64,000 nt of DNA from Candidatus Woesearchaeota archaeon (lineage in GTDB: Archaea; Nanobdellota; Nanobdellia; Woesearchaeales; UBA583), in contig JAQICV010000092.1 in the NCBI GenBank assembly GCA_027858315.1, forward strand, positions 334-64,333, given 5' to 3'. A program made the position numbers and the translations under genes. The notes below the pieces were generated by a model that ran no database searches, was not told where the DNA came from, and saw only the letters and a list, made by a program, of their open reading frames with translations. Positions 58,721 through 64,000 of the stretch are shown in pieces (positions within the stretch are counted from its first letter, which is position 1; each line of letters opens with the position of its first letter).

Positions 58721-59809
58721 ATGTCTAGTAAAGAGCTTGATACTTTAATTTCTAATTTACATTTAGCGCAAGAGAATGAAAATAAAAGTCATGAAGTTAC
58801 AGCTCTTTTGAAACTTTCAGAGTACCATTATAATTTGAATAATTTTGAAAAGGCAAAGCTTTTGTTAAAACAGATTTTAACTATTGATTCAAAGGTTTTT
58901 AATGTTAATTATTATTTAGCTTTAATTGAAGTTCATGAAGAAAATTATGATTTGGCTACTTCTTATTTGGTTAAGGAATTAAAGATTAATTCAAAGAATA
59001 TGTTTGCTATTCAACTTAAGGATAAACTTAAGATTAATTCTAATTTTCCTCTAGTAACTTTTTTTTTATTTTTTTTGAATGTTCTAGTTTTCTTTTTTAC
59101 TTATCCAAGGATTAGTGTTGTTAATGCAATTAAGTTTGGTTTGTCTGATTTCAATTTTGGTTTAAGTAATGCTGTTACTTCACTTTTTTTTCATATTAAT
59201 ATTTATCATTTTTTGATTAATGTTGTTATTCTTCTTATGTTTGGGTTGATTCTTGAGAAGAAGATTGGTTCTTTTAAATTTTTAGTTGTGTATTTACTTT
59301 CAGGAATTTTAGGGAATTATGCGCAAGTATTTTTGTTTGAGGGTACTCTAATCTTGGGTGCTAGTGCTGCACTTTTTGGTATGCTTGGAGCTTTAATGAT
59401 GAGGAGTCCACTTTTAGATATTCGAGTTTTTGGTTTTTTGAAGGTTCCTTTAATTGTTTTACTTGGATCTTTTTTTACTTTTTCTTCTTTGATTGGAGTT
59501 TATTTGAATTTAGATTTTGTTAGTGGGGATGTTGCCCATTTTATCGGTTTACTTATTGGGATAGTAGTTATTGGTTTTTTTTATATAGATTCTATTTTCA
59601 TTTTTTATAATTGGCTTTTTATTTCTTTAGGATTTTGGATTATTACATTTGCACTAAGGAGTGTTTTGTTATTGGAAGTTTTAGATTTTAAATTTTTAGT
59701 TTTAGCATTTATTTCATTTTTAATTGGTATTGTTGTCATAGTATATGCTTATTTTGGTTTGAAAGAGGCTTTAATTGTTAGGGGGGTTTATGATGAAGCA
59801 AAGTTATAA
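58721..59809 (+). CDS. TPR-repeat plus rhomboid intramembrane serine protease
   Basis: N-terminal TPR-like helices; TSLFFH...HFLIN, GASAA catalytic Ser, AHFIG catalytic His. Confidence 0.88.
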   Translation: MSSKELDTLISNLHLAQENENKSHEVTALLKLSEYHYNLNNFEKAKLLLKQILTIDSKVFNVNYYLALIEVHEENYDLATSYLVKELKINSKNMFAIQLKDKLKINSNFPLVTFFLFFLNVLVFFFTYPRISVVNAIKFGLSDFNFGLSNAVTSLFFHINIYHFLINVVILLMFGLILEKKIGSFKFLVVYLLSGILGNYAQVFLFEGTLILGASAALFGMLGALMMRSPLLDIRVFGFLKVPLIVLLGSFFTFSSLIGVYLNLDFVSGDVAHFIGLLIGIVVIGFFYIDSIFIFYNWLFISLGFWIITFALRSVLLLEVLDFKFLVLAFISFLIGIVVIVYAYFGLKEALIVRGVYDEAKL

Positions 59810-60305
59810 TTCTTGGATTGTTGTTGTTTTTTTAGTTTTGATTTTTTTATTTGGAATTTATATTAATTTTGATAATTCTTATATTGGTTTTTGTGATGGT
59901 GAGGCTGAATGTGTTTTTGATTTAGTTGTGGAGACTAATAATTTCGAGTTGTGTAAATTTTCAATTGATGATTCTAATTGTTATACTGATTCTTCAATTT
60001 TATTTGATGATATTTCTCTTTGTGAGTTGAATTTGAATTCTTCTTTTTGTTATATGAATTTTGCGCATTTTAAGAAAGATATTTTTGCTTGTTCTTTTGT
60101 TACTAAGGATTTAGTTGATAAGTGTATTTTTGATGTAGCAATAAGTTTAGAAGATTTTAAAATTTGCAATAATAGTTTGGATTCAGGTTTGTGTTATTAT
60201 TCGTATGCATTACATTTTAAGGATGTTAATGTTTGTGATTTGAGCGAAAAGTATAAAAGCAAGTGTACTGTGAGTTTATTAGAGGGACAAAATGAGAGTA
60301 ATTAG
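59790..60305 (+). CDS. Membrane-anchored cysteine-repeat protein
   Basis: TM followed by about five ~25-aa repeats C....A....D...C. Confidence 0.65.
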   Translation: MMKQSYNSWIVVVFLVLIFLFGIYINFDNSYIGFCDGEAECVFDLVVETNNFELCKFSIDDSNCYTDSSILFDDISLCELNLNSSFCYMNFAHFKKDIFACSFVTKDLVDKCIFDVAISLEDFKICNNSLDSGLCYYSYALHFKDVNVCDLSEKYKSKCTVSLLEGQNESN

Positions 60306-61614
60306 TTTTGATGATGTTAAGAATGGTTTTGATAAAAATGAAGATTATTTAAGGATTGATATTACAGGGGAAAATGTTGCAAAAGTTTCTTTTCTTATTT
60401 TGTATTATAAAGAGCATGGATTCAAGAATTTTTTACTTAATTATAATTTTGAATTTATTGATTTGAATTTTAAAAAATTATTTACTAAACTTAAAATAGC
60501 TAATATTTTAAGATTGGTTGAAGAGTATGGATTTAAAGTTTCATTTTGTGGACTTCCAAGTTGTATTTTTGAGAGGAGCATTTTACGACCACAAGATAGA
60601 TGGAAGTTTGAGGATAAAATTAGATTTATGCCTACTTGTGACTTTTGTGAGACTGAGACTATGAAGGGAGACCATTGTGGAGATTGTATGAGTGGAAGTT
60701 TGTGTAAAGGTTTTTCTAAGAATTATTTTGAAAATTATGGTTGTGATGATTTTGAACCTTTGACAAAAAATATTGACCTTGAAACTCTTCATATTGAAGA
60801 AATTGCTAAATTTAAGTCTGAAGCTGTTAAGTTTTATGCGGAAAAAGTTTTAGAAGATTATATTAAAGATCATTTTTTTATGCGAAAAAGGTTTGTTTTT
60901 TTGAATTCTTATCCTAGAGATGATCCAACTAATTTTTCTGATAAGTTTGTTTATCATATTTTTAATCGAAAAGATGATTTTGAAGAGACATATGATTTTT
61001 TGCAGGGTTTTTTTGATAAAGATTTTTTGAAGTCTATTCGAGAGTATATGTTTGGTTCTTCACAGATTACAATTAGTTTGGGTATGAGTAATGATGATGT
61101 TTTGAAGAAGACTATTTATTTATCACTTGACGGAATTGATGAAGAGCAAAGGGAGCAATTTTTAAAGTTTTTTGATATAAAGGTTCAAGGTAATAATGTT
61201 TGGTGTGTAGGTTTTGATTTCAGAGCTGATTTGGTCGGATATAAAGTTTCTTATAAGGAGGATAGTGTGTCAAGTATTGATTTGAAGAGATTTGTTCAAG
61301 AAATTGGACTTGAGAGTAAAAAGAATCTTATGAGATTTTCAAATTCATTGATTAAACCTCTTAATAATGTTTTGTATGATTATAAGTATAGACATGGTGA
61401 ACATATATCTAAGAGAATTAATGTTTCTTTAGAGAGTAATAATTTTAGACTTAATCAGTTAGCACTTTTGTTTAAAATTCCTATGGCATTTTATGATGAT
61501 AAGGAACTTTTGAATTTGAGTTTTGAGATGTCTGAGGGAGAAATTGAAACTATTAATTTGTATTATTCTTTGAAACTTCCAGAAGAAGAAGAGAGAGATT
61601 ATATTTTTAATTGA
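60292..61614 (+). CDS. Hypothetical protein with a radical-SAM C-terminal-like Cys cluster fused to an unknown domain
   Basis: GLPSC and C..C.....C.GF...Y...YG...FEP motifs; no CxxxCxxC. Confidence 0.5.
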   Translation: MRVISFDDVKNGFDKNEDYLRIDITGENVAKVSFLILYYKEHGFKNFLLNYNFEFIDLNFKKLFTKLKIANILRLVEEYGFKVSFCGLPSCIFERSILRPQDRWKFEDKIRFMPTCDFCETETMKGDHCGDCMSGSLCKGFSKNYFENYGCDDFEPLTKNIDLETLHIEEIAKFKSEAVKFYAEKVLEDYIKDHFFMRKRFVFLNSYPRDDPTNFSDKFVYHIFNRKDDFEETYDFLQGFFDKDFLKSIREYMFGSSQITISLGMSNDDVLKKTIYLSLDGIDEEQREQFLKFFDIKVQGNNVWCVGFDFRADLVGYKVSYKEDSVSSIDLKRFVQEIGLESKKNLMRFSNSLIKPLNNVLYDYKYRHGEHISKRINVSLESNNFRLNQLALLFKIPMAFYDDKELLNLSFEMSEGEIETINLYYSLKLPEEEERDYIFN

Positions 61615-61662
61615 ATCTTTTGTTTAACTTATGTTTATAAATTAGTGTTTATTATTGATTTT

Positions 61663-62481
61663 ATGTTAAAAAAGTTATTATCTAGTACTATAATGGCAAG
61701 TTTTTTGTTTTTTTCTGGTGGAGTTTCTAATTCTTTTTCTGATGGTTTTAGGTCTAATACTTTTAATTATGTTGTGAATGGTGAAGAGAAAAGTTTTGAT
61801 TTTAAAACTGTTGGTTCTTTGGAGAGAAGGATTGAGTCTTTGCCTAGGGAGATTTTTACAACTAGAGATAATGTTAAAAATATTACTGAGAAGATTTTCA
61901 TTGAAAATTTTTTGTCTGATGATGAACAGAAATCTGAGCTTAGACCTTTTTTTCAAATTTTACAAAATAAAACTAAGAATGATGAGGATACTGCTAAAGC
62001 AATTATTAGTACTGTTCAAGATATTCCTTATGATTTTGAGACTAAAGGTAAAAAAATTAAATTACCTTATCAAGTTTTACATCAAAATAAAGGAGATTGT
62101 GATGAGAAGACTAATCTTTCAATTTTACTTTTGCGTGAGATGAATTATGGTGTAGGTGTTTTTAATTTTGAGAATCATTCTATGCTTGCTTTGAAGTGTC
62201 CTAAAAAAATTTCTTATGAAGATTCTGGTTACTGTGCAGTTGAGATGACTAAGAGAAGTATTTTTGGTTATATGCCTAAGAGTAGTGTTTATAAAAATCC
62301 TAAATTAATAGTTATTGCCGATGGTAAAGAAATTAAGAATGTTTCTTTAGAGATTAGTGATTCAAGAGAATATGAAAATTTACAAAGAATTGGCATTGCA
62401 AATAGAGGGAAATTATCAAAAGATGACTTTTTTGAATACAAGAGTATTTTGAATAAATATGGTATGAATAATGGGGGTTGA
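61663..62481 (+). CDS. Secreted transglutaminase-like protein
   Basis: VQDIPYD, PYQVL....GDCDEKT.L...LL, NH, E.T motifs. Confidence 0.75.
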   Translation: MLKKLLSSTIMASFLFFSGGVSNSFSDGFRSNTFNYVVNGEEKSFDFKTVGSLERRIESLPREIFTTRDNVKNITEKIFIENFLSDDEQKSELRPFFQILQNKTKNDEDTAKAIISTVQDIPYDFETKGKKIKLPYQVLHQNKGDCDEKTNLSILLLREMNYGVGVFNFENHSMLALKCPKKISYEDSGYCAVEMTKRSIFGYMPKSSVYKNPKLIVIADGKEIKNVSLEISDSREYENLQRIGIANRGKLSKDDFFEYKSILNKYGMNNGG

Positions 62482-62544
62482 TTAATTTTAATTTTTTTAT
62501 TTAGAATACTGAGAGTTTATAATTTTTTAAATAATTAATTAAAA

Positions 62545-62961
62545 TTATTGTTGTGGAGGTTGTGTGTTTGTTTCAATTGGTTGTTGAACTTCTTGTTGAT
62601 TTATCTGTTGTTCAGGAATATTAGTTTGTGCTTGAATTGGTGTTGAAATAACACCTTCTTTAGCTATTTTGTTTAATTTTATTTGAACAATTGGAGGGAT
62701 TACGAAACCTACAAATATCCAAAGAATAAAATATAACCAAGTATTATTATCTTTTGCAGCATATTTAGCATATCCTTCACAATATTTATAAGACCAGTAG
62801 ATTCCTACAAAAGGAATTATTAATAACCATGCTGTAGGGATTTGAGCTCCTAATTCTTCATTCATCTCATTTTTTGTTGATACTAACCAATAGATTATGT
62901 AAATTCCAAAAGTAATTACTGTTAATATTGCACCAACTATTAAATTTCTATGTTTTACCAT
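62545..62961 (-). CDS. DUF4234 family membrane protein
   Basis: ILTVITFGIYIIYW...K.EMN, Q..LN; Gln-rich tail. Confidence 0.8.
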   Translation of the reverse strand: MVKHRNLIVGAILTVITFGIYIIYWLVSTKNEMNEELGAQIPTAWLLIIPFVGIYWSYKYCEGYAKYAAKDNNTWLYFILWIFVGFVIPPIVQIKLNKIAKEGVISTPIQAQTNIPEQQINQQEVQQPIETNTQPPQQ

Positions 62962-63064
62962 AGTAAGCAATTATTATCTTTCTTTATTAATTTTATGTTT
63001 AAAGAAGTAGAGTTAAATTTATAATAATGTAAATTTTGTTTATGTTAAATAGTTTTAGAAAAAT

Positions 63065-63985
63065 ATGTTAAAGCTACTGGCGGGAATTGAACCCGCGACC
63101 TCGACATTACCAACAGGGACCGGAGAGAGGGGATATGGAGAAGGGAGAGGATTTAAGCGAAACTGTATGTTTTTTCGTATATACGATAAAAATTTAACTC
63201 AGTATTATATATGGATTGAGAAAAGAAATTCTGAATGTTATGCTAAATCTATGAAGTCAGCTTTGAGGAAATTATTTAAACATTTAAGAAATAAAAGCAT
63301 AGCAAAACCAATAGATTTACTTAATTTAATTAAAACTAAAGAGTTAAATGAAGAATATAGTGTAAAGGGTTTTAGAAGTTGGCTTATTTTTTGTGAAGAA
63401 TATGAATTGTTAGATGATTCTACAATTTTGCTTTTTAGAAATAAGTTAAAGCTTCCTAAGTATTATGGAATTGATAATTATATTCCTTCTAAAGAGCAAA
63501 TTAGAGAGAATTTGATTAATGTTAAGGATTATTGTTATGAAAGCTATATTGTTGTTAGAATTTTAATTGAAAGCGGTTTAAGAGTTAAAGAAGTAATTGA
63601 GTTTTTGAGAACTTATGATAGAGGTAAAATTGAAGTATTTGAGAATTTTGTTGTTTATCCTTTATTCTTTTTGAGAGGAAATAAGACATCATATTATATT
63701 TTCTTTAGTAGAAATACATTTGAAGAGTTTAAGGAGATTGATTTTAGTAGTTATAATATTGAAAGATTGAAAACTTACATTAAAAGACATAATTTTATTC
63801 CTTTGAAATATATGAGGAAGTTTAATTTTACTTTATTAGTTGAATCTGAGATTAATTTTGAGATTGCTAATTTTATTCAAGGACGAGCTTCAAAGAATGT
63901 AGGGTTTAAACATTATTTAGCAAAGAAGCAACTTGCAGTTAAAGAATATGAGAAGGTTGTTGGGTTGTTTGAAAGAATAAGCTAA
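63065..63985 (+). CDS. SSV1-type tyrosine integrase (int C-terminal fragment beginning in the att site)
   Basis: LAGIEPAT encoded by antisense tRNA; ESGLRVKE (R), RGNK (K), KYMRKF, FIQGR, KHY (catalytic Y). Confidence 0.88.
   Translation: MLKLLAGIEPATSTLPTGTGERGYGEGRGFKRNCMFFRIYDKNLTQYYIWIEKRNSECYAKSMKSALRKLFKHLRNKSIAKPIDLLNLIKTKELNEEYSVKGFRSWLIFCEEYELLDDSTILLFRNKLKLPKYYGIDNYIPSKEQIRENLINVKDYCYESYIVVRILIESGLRVKEVIEFLRTYDRGKIEVFENFVVYPLFFLRGNKTSYYIFFSRNTFEEFKEIDFSSYNIERLKTYIKRHNFIPLKYMRKFNFTLLVESEINFEIANFIQGRASKNVGFKHYLAKKQLAVKEYEKVVGLFERIS
63072..63113 (-). mobile_element. att site: 3' half of tRNA-Thr(GGT)
   Basis: Minus strand reads TTGGTAA-TGTCG-AGGTC-GCGGG-TTCAATT-CCCGC-CAGTAGC-T; similarity stops at the anticodon loop. 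Confidence 0.85.
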
Positions 63986-64000
63986 TGCCGAGAATCGAAC
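63980..64000 (-). tRNA. 3' end of a second tRNA (Thr-like, U73), truncated by the window edge
   Basis: Minus strand GTTCGATT-CTCGG-CATTAGC-T: T loop, T stem, acceptor strand, discriminator. Confidence 0.65.

Noticed and set aside
680..62143. Numerous 60-120 aa ORFs antisense or out of frame within long genes (e.g. 680..1018, 8896..9174, 15117..15443, 31283..33574, 47831..48127, 61778..62143)
   Set aside because: They are shadows of well-supported genes, with biased low-complexity translations and no motifs
63065..63113. Calling 63072-63113 a functional tRNA-Thr gene
   Set aside because: No D arm, 5' anticodon stem or 5' acceptor strand adjacent; the sequence continues as integrase coding DNA

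Overview
Very AT-rich, gene-dense archaeal chromosome segment, most consistent with a DPANN (Woesearchaeota/Nanoarchaeota-like) genome. Supporting genes: rpl7ae-rps28e-rpl24e, a small alpha4-type tRNA splicing endonuclease, a class I CCA-adding enzyme, Sec11-type signal peptidase, SMC, Rad50, and many proteins with class III (pilin-like) signal peptides. The window also holds dispersed glycogen genes (two GH57, GT4, GT3 glycogen synthase), a DUF134/permease/NifX metal operon, an RQC-UvrD-HRDC helicase and an S-layer-like protein. The best candidate for an undescribed system is three giant secreted surface proteins (1197, 1234 and 2774 aa). They share a ~100-aa C-terminal domain ending in F-x-[IV]-G-[LM]-[DE]-stop and have no membrane anchor. 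Two of them are collinear DUF2341 scaffolds with different lectin-like cassettes, and both carry the same palindrome core (TCGTACT-T-AGTACGA) just upstream of the start codon. Both window ends have tRNA 3'-half fragments resembling att sites. The right one lies inside an SSV1-type tyrosine integrase ORF, which is followed immediately by a second tRNA-like 3' end. All family assignments come from motifs recognised by eye; no database searches were run.
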